Position numbers and translations under genes: made by a program. A stretch of DNA of 64,000 nucleotides, taken from Nannocystis pusilla (lineage in GTDB: Bacteria > Myxococcota_A > Polyangia > Nannocystales > Nannocystaceae). Positions 20,942 through 30,482 of the stretch are shown piece by piece. How positions within the stretch are numbered: the stretch's first letter is position 1; the number at the start of each line of letters is the position of its first letter. Location of the stretch: positions 3,373,168 to 3,437,167 of the forward strand of contig NZ_JAPNKE010000002.1 of assembly GCF_026626665.1 (NCBI RefSeq), given 5' to 3'. A model generated the notes under the pieces. That model did not search any database. It worked only from the letters and a program-made list of their open reading frames with translations, and was not told where the DNA came from.

Positions 20942-21713
20942 GGGCGACTGATAGCGCAGTTCGCCGCGGCGCAGAAGCTCCTCGCGCGCGCCTCTGCGGG
21001 GGCGTGCAGGCGCGTTCGCGGAGGGCTGGCTCTTGGGTCATGTCGCTGCACGATCGGGTCGCAGCGGGCACGCGGCGAGCATCTGCCGCCCCGGCACTCG
21101 GCCTCGCCGTGATGAAGCGCCCGGGTCGGGTGGCACGGCGTGGCATCGAGCGCGTTCGCGCGGCGCGTGAAAGTGTCTATTCGGACATGTCTACGTCTCC
21201 GTGACGCTGCGTCGCCTCTCGCGCACCGACCGCCGATTGGAGAACCGAGACTATCTATATTAACAGGCTGCACCCGTTCGCCTCGATTCGACGAATAGGT
21301 CGCTCGGCACCTCCGCGGGCCGCAACGAAATCCCGCTCCATCGCGCCGGCCCCGGTGCCCCGCTTCCACCGCTGTGAAGAGCAGCTTCGGTTCGCCCTCC
21401 GACGCACGGCGGCGCCTGTTCTCGATGCCCGCACGTCCGCCGTCTTCGTCTCCGACGTGGTGAGTGATCGGTGAGGCTGCTCGGAGCCCCTCGCCAGCCG
21501 CCCACAGCGACGGCGGAACGCCAACGACGCCAAACGGGCCCTCGACCTCTCGCGCGGCCTGCCACGGCCCGCTCCTCGCCCTGCCCTCGCCATCGTCGGC
21601 CGCACGCCGCTCGCGTTCGCCGGCGGGCGAGACGCCGAAGGCCCGGCGTGCGCCGGGCCTCCTGGCCTTCGAGACATGCTGTCCTTCGAGACAGCCTCAC
21701 GGATCGACTCAGC

Positions 21714-23819
21714 TCAACCCGGCTCGAGGACGAACGGGTACGAGACGATGACCGAGCCGCCGCCTTCCGGCTTGGGGAAGGTCCAGCGCTTGACCGCCTG
21801 GGCGATGCAGGAGCCGACCGCCGGGTCCTTCATCGTGCTCTCCTGGACCACCGCGGTGGGCACCTTGCCGGTGCCGCCGATGGTGAACTGGACGGCGACG
21901 CGGCCCTTGGCGTTGGGGTCGCGGGCGAGGGCCTGGTTGTAGCAGTAGCGGACCTCGTTGATGTGCGCGCGGACGATGCGGCGGATGATGTCCTTGTCGA
22001 GCGCGCCCTGGACCTCGGCCTTGGCCTGACGGACCGTCGGGACGCGGGTGCCGCGGCCGCCGAAGCCGGCGCCGGCGCCACGGCCGTAGCCGGAGCCCGT
22101 GCCGCCGCCGCCGCCCTTGCCGATGAGGCCCGTGTTGCCGAGGCCGATCGTGCCCTCGCCGGTGCCGCCGCCGCCGCGGCCGGTGCCGACCAGGCCGAGG
22201 CCGCCGACGCCGTACGCCTCGCCGATCTCCGTGCCGGTGAGGCCGCCCCACACGTCCGCGTCGTCGTTGCCGACCGCGAACGCGCCGCCGTACGGCGAGG
22301 CGAGGAAGTGGCCGCTCTCGGCGCTCATCACCCCGAGGATGCCGGCCTGGCGCGCGGCCATGTCGGGGTCGAAGTTACGGGCCATCTGCGGGATGGCGTC
22401 CTTCGGGCCCTTCATGGCGTAGAGGCCCGACTTGGTCTTCGAGGTGGGCTTGCCCATCTTGCCCTCCTCGCCCTTGTGACGCTGACCGGTGCCGCCGGCC
22501 TCGTCGTCGGAGTTCTCCATGTCCTCCGGCGGCGGCTCCTCCTCCTCCGGCGGCTTGTCGGGCTGGTTGAGGTAACCGACGAAGCGGTTCTCTTCCATCA
22601 TCTCGTCGAGGCTCAGGTTGCCGGCCTCGTTGGGGATCAGGTGCGTGAGCACCAGCAGGCTGCCGATGACCACGAACGACGCGCCGTTGTAGATCCAGAA
22701 CGGCTTGTCGGTCTCGCTGCCGCCCTTGATCACCGCGCCCGGCGCGACCGAGTTCACGTAGAAGGTGACGTCCTGGTACTTGACCCGCGCCGTCGCTCCG
22801 GGCGGCAGCGGGAAGCTGAACGACGAGCCCTGCGAGCCCGCGCGGCCGGTGGCGACCAGCTGCTGCAGCGTGATCGTCTGGCCGTCGAAGGTGACCTCGC
22901 CGCTCATGTTCTGCGTGAAGTTGAGCGCGAACTCGTGGTCGCTGCCGCGGACCAGCGGGAAGCCGTTGGGCTCGGGCAGGCCGGCCGGCGGCACGTGGAA
23001 CGACGCGCCGTGGCCCTCGCCGATCGTGAAGTTCTTGTTGACGTAGTCGCCGGTGCGGATGAGGCCCATGCTGAACGGCACGAGGCCCGCGATCGCCAGC
23101 AACATGCCGATCGCCGCCAGGCCGTTTCCGGGCGGGGTCGGGCGCGGCGTGCCCTGCTCGATCGACTCCTGGACCCGCTTGCCGTAGCCCGGCCAGTCCT
23201 GGTTCACGTCGCTGAAGAACACCGCCGTGCCGGCGGCCAGCATCACTCCGCCAATGGCGAGGAAGAGCGGCGCCTGCGACTTGCGGTTCTTCAGCTGGCC
23301 GACGTGCTGCACGTCGAGCACCGTCGAGCCGTACATCGCCACGACCTCGGCCACCCGCGAGCCGCTCTGAACCTCGACCTCGCTGAGGTCGATCTGGATC
23401 GGGGCCCGCGTCGCCATCGGCGCCGCCGCGAGCGGAGCCGCCGCCACCGCGGCCGCCGCCACGGCCACCGGCGCGGCCACCTGCGCCGGCGCCGGCGCAG
23501 CCGCGACCTGCTGCTTGGCGAAGCCGACCTCGAGCCGGTACGGCCCGAAGTTCAGGGCGTCGCCGTCGTGCAGCACCGCGTTCTTGTCGATCCGCTGGCC
23601 GTTGAGCACGGTGCCCGCCGCGCTCCCGAGATCGATCACCCGCACCTCTTCGCCGGACACCTCGATCACGGCGTGCATGCGGGCCACGGCCTCGTCATCC
23701 AGACAGATGTGGCTACTCTTCAGTTTTCCGATCTTGATAACGTCTTGCGTCAGCGTCTGCGTATCGACGAGCTGATCGCCGTAAAACACTTTGATGGCGA
23801 GCGTCTTGGTCGTTGTCAT
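21714..23819 (-). CDS. FHA-domain membrane protein with Gly-rich region and TonB-C-like C-terminal domain
   Basis: FHA domain (LAIKVFYGDQ...GKLKSSHICLDDEAVARMHAVIE...LNGQRI) and two TM segments. A Gly-rich tract (GTGRGGGGTGEG...) precedes a C-terminal TonB-C-like fold (VAVQFTIGGTGKV...VKRWTFPKP). The architecture recalls myxobacterial gliding-motility/Tol-like accessory proteins. Confidence 0.75.
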   Translation of the reverse strand: MTTTKTLAIKVFYGDQLVDTQTLTQDVIKIGKLKSSHICLDDEAVARMHAVIEVSGEEVRVIDLGSAAGTVLNGQRIDKNAVLHDGDALNFGPYRLEVGFAKQQVAAAPAPAQVAAPVAVAAAAVAAAPLAAAPMATRAPIQIDLSEVEVQSGSRVAEVVAMYGSTVLDVQHVGQLKNRKSQAPLFLAIGGVMLAAGTAVFFSDVNQDWPGYGKRVQESIEQGTPRPTPPGNGLAAIGMLLAIAGLVPFSMGLIRTGDYVNKNFTIGEGHGASFHVPPAGLPEPNGFPLVRGSDHEFALNFTQNMSGEVTFDGQTITLQQLVATGRAGSQGSSFSFPLPPGATARVKYQDVTFYVNSVAPGAVIKGGSETDKPFWIYNGASFVVIGSLLVLTHLIPNEAGNLSLDEMMEENRFVGYLNQPDKPPEEEEPPPEDMENSDDEAGGTGQRHKGEEGKMGKPTSKTKSGLYAMKGPKDAIPQMARNFDPDMAARQAGILGVMSAESGHFLASPYGGAFAVGNDDADVWGGLTGTEIGEAYGVGGLGLVGTGRGGGGTGEGTIGLGNTGLIGKGGGGGTGSGYGRGAGAGFGGRGTRVPTVRQAKAEVQGALDKDIIRRIVRAHINEVRYCYNQALARDPNAKGRVAVQFTIGGTGKVPTAVVQESTMKDPAVGSCIAQAVKRWTFPKPEGGGSVIVSYPFVLEPG

Positions 23820-24087
23820 CGTCCTTGCCCCGGTCGTGTGGCGCCTCGGACACGGGCCTTTGGGGCTTGTTCCCGAGGCCCGCGAGCTTTTTTCGCGCCC
23901 GCGCGGGCCGTCTGCGCCGGCGCACGTCCGCGCGCGGACCCGGGCTCCGGCGCGCCCCTGCGTCCGGCCACGCGTCCGCGGCTCGCGGCCGGCCGCGACG
24001 GCTTCGTGATACCGTGAACCGAGGCGCCGTCCGTGCCCGGATCCGGGCGAGGTGCGCCTGCCGCCCCTCTCCCGCCCTCGCCCCGGC

Positions 24088-24593
24088 ATGACCTCCGACC
24101 TCGCGCCCCCTCACCTCCCGGCCCGAGCCCGATCCTCACCCTCCGGATCAGCGTCCGCGGCCTCTATGACAGCTGGACGCACTGCCAGCGGCTGGCCGAT
24201 TACATCGCGCGCTTCGTCGCCTCCGATCGCTTCGATCCCGAGCAGCTGACCACGCGCCTCTCGACCTATCTCAACGAGGTGCTCGAGTACGTGTTCCGCG
24301 CCCGGCCGAGCGAGGGCGAGATCGTGGTCGAGGTCGGGCGCACCGACGAGCACGTGATCGCCGAGCTGACGATACCGACCGACGAGGCGCTCGCGCAGCG
24401 GCTGCGCGACGACCTCGGGCGGGTCGCGCCGGCGGACGCGCGCGCCCGCTACGAGGCCGAGTTCGAGTCGATGATCCTGCGTCCGCCGGCCGAGGTCGGG
24501 CTGCTCGAATTGGTGGCGCTCCACGGCGTCGAGCTCGCGCTGCGCGAGGGCGACGGCGTCGGCGTCATCGTCCTTACCGTCCCGCACGAGTGA
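24088..24593 (+). CDS. slr1658-superfamily / SiaB-like GHKL-type regulatory ATPase (start uncertain)
   Basis: LRISVRGLYDSWTHCQRLADYIARFV...LNEVLEYVFRA...GEIVVEVGRTDEHVIAELTIP parallels the downstream SiaB-like protein (LNELIENAVKF...GEFVVVVSNQV). It lacks an in-frame ATG, so a GTG start or an upstream frameshifted ATG at 24088 is likely. Confidence 0.55.
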
Positions 24594-24605
24594 GCCGAGC
24601 TGGGT

Positions 24606-25778
24606 ATGGAGAACGAGCAACCGTTTTCGATCCGCTTCAGCGAGAACGACCAGGAGGTCGCGCTCGAGGGGACGCTGCGGCCCGCCGGCCCCGAGGCGTT
24701 CGCGCCGGTGCGGGCGCGCCTCGACCACGCCGCCGACGCCGTGCGCGGCGTCCTCTACCTCAACTTCAAGCGCCTGCGTTACCTCAACCACACCGGCTTC
24801 CTCGAGCTCGCGCGCTTCATCGCCGCCTGCGCCGAGCGCCACCCGAGCCTCAAGCTCAAGCTCGTCGTCTCGAGCGTCGTCCCGTGGGCGCCGCTGCGGT
24901 TCGGCTTCCTCGGCGCGCAGTTCGGCAACACCATCGTCGAGCAGTACGACAAGGCGTTTTACCCCGGTCAGGGCGTCATCGAGAACGATCAGCTCGTGCC
25001 GGTCCTGCGGACTCAGACCAACATCGTGTGGTCGCACGAGCGCGAGCTGCTGCGCCGCCACGGCCTCGGCAAGCACATGCGGATCGCCGACATCTGCTGC
25101 GGGATCGGCGACTTCGCGGTGCTCGTCTACAAGGAGTTCGAGCCCGCGTACATCGTCGGCGTCGACCACTCGCGGCCCTTCCTTCAATACGCGCAGCAGA
25201 TGGCCCGCGAGTTCGGCATCACCGACATCGAGTATCAGTTCGGCGACGCGACCCACCTGTTCTTGCCGTCGAACAGCTTCGACTTCGTCACCTCGCGCCT
25301 GGCGCTGCAGATCTTCAACGACCCGTCGAGCATCTTGCGCGAGCTGGTGCGGATCTGTAAACCCGGCGGTCGGGTCTACCTGACCAACGAGATGACGGCG
25401 CACAACTACGGCTACCCGCGCCACGAGTCGGTCGCGTGGACCTACCAGCAGGCCGTGAAGATCGCCCAGAGCCTCGGCATGGACATGAACTTCGGGCCCA
25501 AGATGTTCTCGCAGCTCACCGACATGGGCCTCGAGGACGTGCGCATGGAGCAGATCCCGATCACCAACAACAACACCGCGATCGACGACTTCGCGCGGGT
25601 GATCGAGAGCTGGGAGGAGTACGTCACCGGCGAGCTGTCGACCGCCACGCAGCAGCCGCCGGAGGTGGTCGAGCGCCTGCGCATGGGCTTCCGCGATCAC
25701 GTCTACGCGATCCGCAGCCGCCGCGGCTTCGCCACCTGGCCGATCTACGTCGCCTCCGGCCGCAAACCGGAGCGCTGA
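24606..25778 (+). CDS. fusion protein: N-terminal SiaC-like (DUF1987) domain + class I SAM-dependent methyltransferase
   Basis: The N-terminal about 140 aa (FSIRFSENDQEVALEGTLRP...LYLNFKRLRYLNHTGFLELARF) aligns by eye with the stand-alone SiaC-like protein at 28742 (VWFDAPARTVHFEGVLRL...LQFLNSSGINMLYKF). The C-terminus carries methyltransferase motif I ADICCGIGDFA and post-I acidic residue (VGVDHS), then ICKPGGRVYL. Confidence 0.8.
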   Translation: MENEQPFSIRFSENDQEVALEGTLRPAGPEAFAPVRARLDHAADAVRGVLYLNFKRLRYLNHTGFLELARFIAACAERHPSLKLKLVVSSVVPWAPLRFGFLGAQFGNTIVEQYDKAFYPGQGVIENDQLVPVLRTQTNIVWSHERELLRRHGLGKHMRIADICCGIGDFAVLVYKEFEPAYIVGVDHSRPFLQYAQQMAREFGITDIEYQFGDATHLFLPSNSFDFVTSRLALQIFNDPSSILRELVRICKPGGRVYLTNEMTAHNYGYPRHESVAWTYQQAVKIAQSLGMDMNFGPKMFSQLTDMGLEDVRMEQIPITNNNTAIDDFARVIESWEEYVTGELSTATQQPPEVVERLRMGFRDHVYAIRSRRGFATWPIYVASGRKPER

Positions 25779-25799
25779 CGGCCCTCGCCGCTCGACCGC

Positions 25800-28159
25800 A
25801 TGGCCACCACGGGCTCAAGGTTCCGCACCAAGTTCGTCCTCGTCGCCGGGGTCGGGCTGGTCATCGGGCTGACGCTCGCGGCGCTGGCCTCGCTGCAGGG
25901 CATCCGCGTGCTCGGCGGCGACGCGTCGGAGGAGATCCGCAAGGGCCTCGAGCGAGCCAGCCGCGAGTACCTCACCAACCACATCGAGGACACCGCGCAG
26001 CGCGTCGAATTCCTGCGCGGGCGGGCGCGGGCCGAGCTCGGCGTGCTCGCGGCGGTCACCCAGACGCTCATCGACGAGCAGGCCGACCTCGCGCCGCTGA
26101 CCGCCGCCGCCGCCGCCGCCGGGCCGCTGCGCGACGCCCTCGTCTACGACCCGCGCGGCGACTGGTCGCAGACCGAGGCCGGCGAGGCGTCGGCGGTGGC
26201 CGTGTGGGGCTACCTGCACGCGCCGGTAGCTCCCGATCAGCCCGGCCTTCGGGACATCAAGCCCGAGGTCCGCGCCGCGGTCGAGCAGACCGCCCTGCTC
26301 GACCTGCTGCTGCCTGCGCTGCTGCAGTACGGGGCCGAGAAGCAGGCCATGTACTTCATCGGCCCCGAGGGCGCCGAGTACCTGCGGATCGCCCCCTACG
26401 CCGACGCGGCCGGCCACGCCGATCGACTCTATCCCGGCCACAACAAGAGCCCGTTCTGGGGCTTCTACTTCCCCGGCATCGTCGACGGCTGGCGGCGCTG
26501 GCTCGGCGACCCCGCGCGCATGCGCGACCCGGCGGCGCAGGTCACCGGCACCGCGCCGTACACCGACGCGGGCGGCAGCGGGGCCATCATGACCATGTTT
26601 CAGCCGCTGTGGGACGCCTCGCGCGCGCGTTCGCCGGGGCCGTCGGCGTCGACGTCACCCTCGGCCAATTGATCCGCTACGTCCAGGACCTCGAGCTCGC
26701 CGGCTCGGGCTTCGCCTTCCTCGCCCAGGAGAACGGCAACGTGTTCGCCGTCAACGCCGACGGCCAGGAGATCCTCGGCCTGCAGCAGGCCAGCGGCTCG
26801 TCGGGCGCCGGCGTCGACATCTTCCAGCAGTTCCTGCACCAGTCGCGCGACCCGGCCATCCGGGCGCTCGCGCTGCCCGGCGGCGACGCCGTCGACTACC
26901 GCGACCCGGTCGCGATCGGCGGCAAGGACTACGTCGTCGTGCTCAAGCGGCTCGATCCGTTCAACGTCTGGTCGGGTTCGACCGACATCGTGCCGGAGCG
27001 CTGGACCCTCGGCTTCGTCGTGCCTGCCGCCGAGATCTACGCCTCGCTGCACAAGGCGCAGGACACCATCGCTGCCAGCAGCCGCGGGATCCTCAGCAGC
27101 CAGATCGTCATCACCCTCGTCGCGCTGGCGATCGTGATGTTCGGGATCCTCCTGGTCTCGCGGCGCATGACCGGCGCGCTGGTCGACCTCGCCGCGGGCG
27201 CCGGCAAGATCGCGCAGAAGGACTACGACGTGCGGGTCGACGTGCGCAGCGACGACGAGTTCGGCGCGCTCGGCCGCGCCTTCAATCAGATGGCCGCCGA
27301 GATCCGCGCGTATACGCACGACCTCGAGCGCCTGGTCGAGCAGCGCACCGCCGAGCTGCAGCGGGCCTCCCGCGAGATCATGGCACTCAACGAGCGGCTC
27401 AAGCAGGAGAACCTGCGCCTCGGCGCCGAGCTCGACGTCGCCCGCCGGCTGCAGCTCATGGTGCTGCCGCAGGAGCGCGAGCTGGCCGAGCTCGAGGGCC
27501 TGGACGTCGCCGGCTACATGCGGCCCGCGGACGAGGTCGGCGGCGACTACTACGACGTCCTGCGCGCCGGCGACGGCGTCAAGATCGGCATCGGCGACGT
27601 CACCGGCCACGGCCTCGAGAGCGGCGTGCTGATGCTGATGATCCAGACGGCCGTGCGCACCTTGCAGGCCGCCGAGGAGCGCGACGCGGAGCGCTTCCTC
27701 AACATCGTCAACAAGGTCCTCTACCAGAACATCCAGCGCGTCGGCCTCGACCGCACCGCGACGCTGGTGCTCCTCGACTACGCGCAGGGCGTGCTCCGCC
27801 TCACCGGGCAGCACGAGGAGGCGGTGGTGGTCCGGCGGAACGGCTCGATCGAGCGCATCGACACGGTCGACCTCGGCATGCCGGTGGGGCTCGAGGTCGA
27901 CATCGCCGCGTTCATCGCCCGCACCGAGCTGCGCCTGTCGCCGGGCGATGTCGTCGTCCTGTACACTGACGGCATAACCGAGGCGGAGGACATCCACGGC
28001 GAGCAGTACGGCATCGACCGCCTGTGCGAGGTCGTGCACCGGGTCCACGAGCGGCCGGCGGCCGACATCAAGCAGGCGATCGTCGACGACGTCATGCGCT
28101 TCATCGGCGCGCAGAAGGTCTTCGACGACATCACGACGGTGGTGATCAAGCGGCGCTGA
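25800..28159 (+). CDS. membrane sensor PP2C-type phosphatase (TM - periplasmic Cache-like domain - TM - HAMP - SpoIIE/PP2C), SiaA-like
   Basis: TM1 (FVLVAGVGLVIGLTLAAL), an about 400-aa periplasmic region, TM2 (IVITLVALAIVMFGILLV), and a HAMP motif (DDEFGALGRAFNQMAAEI). PP2C motifs follow: GGDYYDV, GDVTGHG, LYTDGITEA. The frame changes once at a (CG)n run near 26615. Confidence 0.8.
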
Positions 28160-28181
28160 GGCGCCGAGGCGGACGGAGAGT

Positions 28182-28745
28182 ATGGACGGCATCATCGGCG
28201 AGTACAAAGAGCCCACCGACGCTGGACCGCGCGTCATGCTGACGTTCTACCCCGGGGCGTTCCCGGTGAAGTGGAACCAGTGCAGCGTGGCGGCCGACTT
28301 CTTCGCCGAGTACTTCGTCGACGTCGGCGAGGGCGGGCTCACCGAGGAGGCCGAGCGGCGCGACTTCGTCGGCAGCGTCGGTTACGTGCTCAACGAGCTG
28401 ATCGAGAACGCGGTCAAGTTCTGCGCCGGCGGCACCGTCGTCATCGACGCGGGCGTCGAGGCGGGCGAGTTCGTGGTCGTCGTCAGCAACCAGGTGTGCG
28501 GCGACGCGGTCGACGGCCTGCGGGTCAAGTTCGCCGAGCTGCTCGACGGCGATCCCGCCGAGCTCCTGATGCAGCGGGTCGAGGAGAACGCCGCCAACCC
28601 CGAACTCACGACCTCGGGCCTGGGCTTTCTCACCATGCTGTCGGACTACAAGGCCCGGCTCGGCTGGCGCTTCGACCCCGCCCCTGGCAATCCTGACAAC
28701 GCGCTCCTCAAGACCGCCGCCCGGCTACAGGTGAAATCGTCATGA
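28182..28745 (+). CDS. SiaB-like serine/threonine kinase (GHKL ATPase, anti-sigma-factor-like)
   Basis: 187 aa with an N-box-like LNELIENAVKF and a Gly-rich ATP lid region (TSGLGF). It sits between the PP2C gene and the SiaC-like gene, as in the siaABC operon. Confidence 0.8.
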   Translation: MDGIIGEYKEPTDAGPRVMLTFYPGAFPVKWNQCSVAADFFAEYFVDVGEGGLTEEAERRDFVGSVGYVLNELIENAVKFCAGGTVVIDAGVEAGEFVVVVSNQVCGDAVDGLRVKFAELLDGDPAELLMQRVEENAANPELTTSGLGFLTMLSDYKARLGWRFDPAPGNPDNALLKTAARLQVKSS

Positions 28746-29116
28746 CGGACACAACTACGCGACCCTCCGGGTCGGACACCGACATCAAAGGCCCCGGCTA
28801 TCGCGTGTGGTTCGACGCGCCCGCGCGCACGGTCCACTTCGAGGGCGTGCTCCGCCTCAGCACCAGCGAGTACAAGCCGATCGAGGACCTGCTCGACCGC
28901 GTCCTGCTGGAAAGCCCCGCGCTCGGCCTGCGCATGACCGAGCTGCAGTTCCTGAACAGCTCGGGCATCAACATGCTCTACAAGTTCGCCATCGCCGCGC
29001 GCAAGAAGGGCGAGACGGAGATCAAGGTCCACGGCTCGTCGAACATCCCGTGGCAGGGCAAGTCGCTGCCCAACCTCAAGAAGTTCCTGCCGACGATCGT
29101 CATCGCCCTCGACTGA
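28742..29116 (+). CDS. SiaC-like (DUF1987) regulatory phosphoprotein
   Basis: 124 aa with the characteristic FLNSSGINMLYKF motif. Its ATGA start overlaps the stop of the upstream kinase gene. Confidence 0.8.
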   Translation: MTDTTTRPSGSDTDIKGPGYRVWFDAPARTVHFEGVLRLSTSEYKPIEDLLDRVLLESPALGLRMTELQFLNSSGINMLYKFAIAARKKGETEIKVHGSSNIPWQGKSLPNLKKFLPTIVIALD

Positions 29117-29129
29117 GCCGGCCGCCCGC

Positions 29130-30356
29130 ATGCTCACGGATGACCCGCGCTGGCAGCGAGCCCTCGCCGACCCCGACGCCGCGGCCGAGCTCCTGGCCGA
29201 CCCCGGCGCGCGCGCCGAGTTCATGGCCGCCGTCGCCGCGCTGCAGGCCGAGCACGACGACCTGGTCTTGCTGCACGACTCGACGCTCGAGCACGCCAAC
29301 GAGATCGAGGAGCAGCTGGCCGTCAAGATCGAGCAAGTCGAGGCCCTGGTGGTCGAGCTCGAGCTGCGCAACACCTTCATCCGCCAGGTGTTCGGCCGCC
29401 ACGTCACCGACGAGGTCGTCAACACCTTGCTCGCCTCGCCGGAGGGCCGCCAGCTCGGCGGCGAGCGGCGCACCCTGACGATCCTGATCTCCGACCTGCG
29501 CGGCTTCTCGACGCTGTGCGAGGGCCTCGGCCCCGAGCAGGTGGTGGCGATCCTCAACATCTACCTCGGCGCCATGGCCGACGTGATCGGCGAGTACCGC
29601 GGCTCGATCAACGAGTTCATCGGCGACGCCATCCTCGCGGTGTTCGGCGCCCCGGTGCCGCAGGACGACCACCCCGAGCGCGCGGTCGCCTGCGCGATCG
29701 CCATGCAGCGGGCGATGGGCCGCGTCAACGCCGAGCTGGCCGAGCACGGCCTGCCCGCGCTCGAGATGGGCATCGGCGTCCACACCGGCGAGGTCGTGGT
29801 CGGCAACATCGGCTCGAACCGCCGCGCCAAGTACGGCGTGGTCGGCCGCCACGTCAACCTGACCTCGCGCATCGAGAGCTACACCGTCGGCGGTCAGGTG
29901 CTGATCTCCGAGTCGGCCGCGCGAGCCCTCGGCGACCGCCTCCGCACCCGCGGCTGCTTCGAGGTCCGGCCCAAGGGCGTGCGCGAGCCGATCACGATCC
30001 ACGACGTCACCGGCGTCGACGGCCCGTTCGCCATCCACATGATCGAAGAGGCCGCCGAGTGGCGGGTCCTGGCCGAGCCGCAGCCGCTCGTCTTCACCGC
30101 GCTCGAGGGCAAGGACACCGGCGGCCAGGAGTTCCCGGCGCTGCTCGTGGCCCACGACGAGCGCCACAACGCCGAGCTGCGGGTCGCCGCCTCGCTGCCG
30201 CTGCGCGCCGACCTCAAGCTCGTCCTCGCCGCCCTGCCCGGCGTCGACGCCTACGCCAAGGTCGTCGCCGCCGGCCCGGGCCGCGCGGTCGTCCGCTTCA
30301 CCGCCCTGCCGCGCGCGCTGCAAGAGCTGCTCGACTCCCTGCCCGCGCGGGCCTGA
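29130..30356 (+). CDS. class III adenylate/guanylate cyclase with N-terminal coiled-coil/regulatory region
   Basis: Catalytic motifs ILISDLRGFSTL (metal Asp), FIGDAILAVFGAP (second Asp), and GIGVHTGEVVVGNIGSNRRAKYGVVGRHVNLTSRIES (transition-state Asn/Arg). Confidence 0.85.
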   Translation: MLTDDPRWQRALADPDAAAELLADPGARAEFMAAVAALQAEHDDLVLLHDSTLEHANEIEEQLAVKIEQVEALVVELELRNTFIRQVFGRHVTDEVVNTLLASPEGRQLGGERRTLTILISDLRGFSTLCEGLGPEQVVAILNIYLGAMADVIGEYRGSINEFIGDAILAVFGAPVPQDDHPERAVACAIAMQRAMGRVNAELAEHGLPALEMGIGVHTGEVVVGNIGSNRRAKYGVVGRHVNLTSRIESYTVGGQVLISESAARALGDRLRTRGCFEVRPKGVREPITIHDVTGVDGPFAIHMIEEAAEWRVLAEPQPLVFTALEGKDTGGQEFPALLVAHDERHNAELRVAASLPLRADLKLVLAALPGVDAYAKVVAAGPGRAVVRFTALPRALQELLDSLPARA

Positions 30357-30391
30357 GGCGCGAGGCGCAACGCTGCGCCTCGCTGCGCGAT

Positions 30392-30472
30392 GGGACATGT
30401 CCGTATCGACATGTCCTTCATGGCATGGCTGAACAGGCATGTCCTCCGGAGCATGCCCCATCGGACATGCCC
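30392..30472. repeat. GGACATGTCC-family array, six units with strict 15-bp period
   Basis: GGACATGTCCgtatc GACATGTCCttcat GGCATGGCTgaaca GGCATGTCCtccgg AGCATGCCCcatcg GACATGCCC. Lies between the convergent cyclase and kinase genes. Confidence 0.9.
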
Positions 30473-30482
30473 CTCCGGTACG

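Noticed and set aside
20942-21713. Riboswitch in the 770-bp region upstream of the amino-acid permease
   Set aside because: I could not recognise lysine, glycine or other riboswitch consensus elements by eye. The region does contain an element copy and an AT-rich ttaatatagatag motif. It needs an Infernal scan.
30392-30472. Resemblance of the element half-sites (RRRCATGYYY) to the eukaryotic p53 response element, or to an RCATGY restriction site used as an R-M target
   Set aside because: This is a coincidence of a short palindrome. The placement (3' convergent gaps, 15-bp arrays) fits REP-like elements better, and no R-M genes are in the window.
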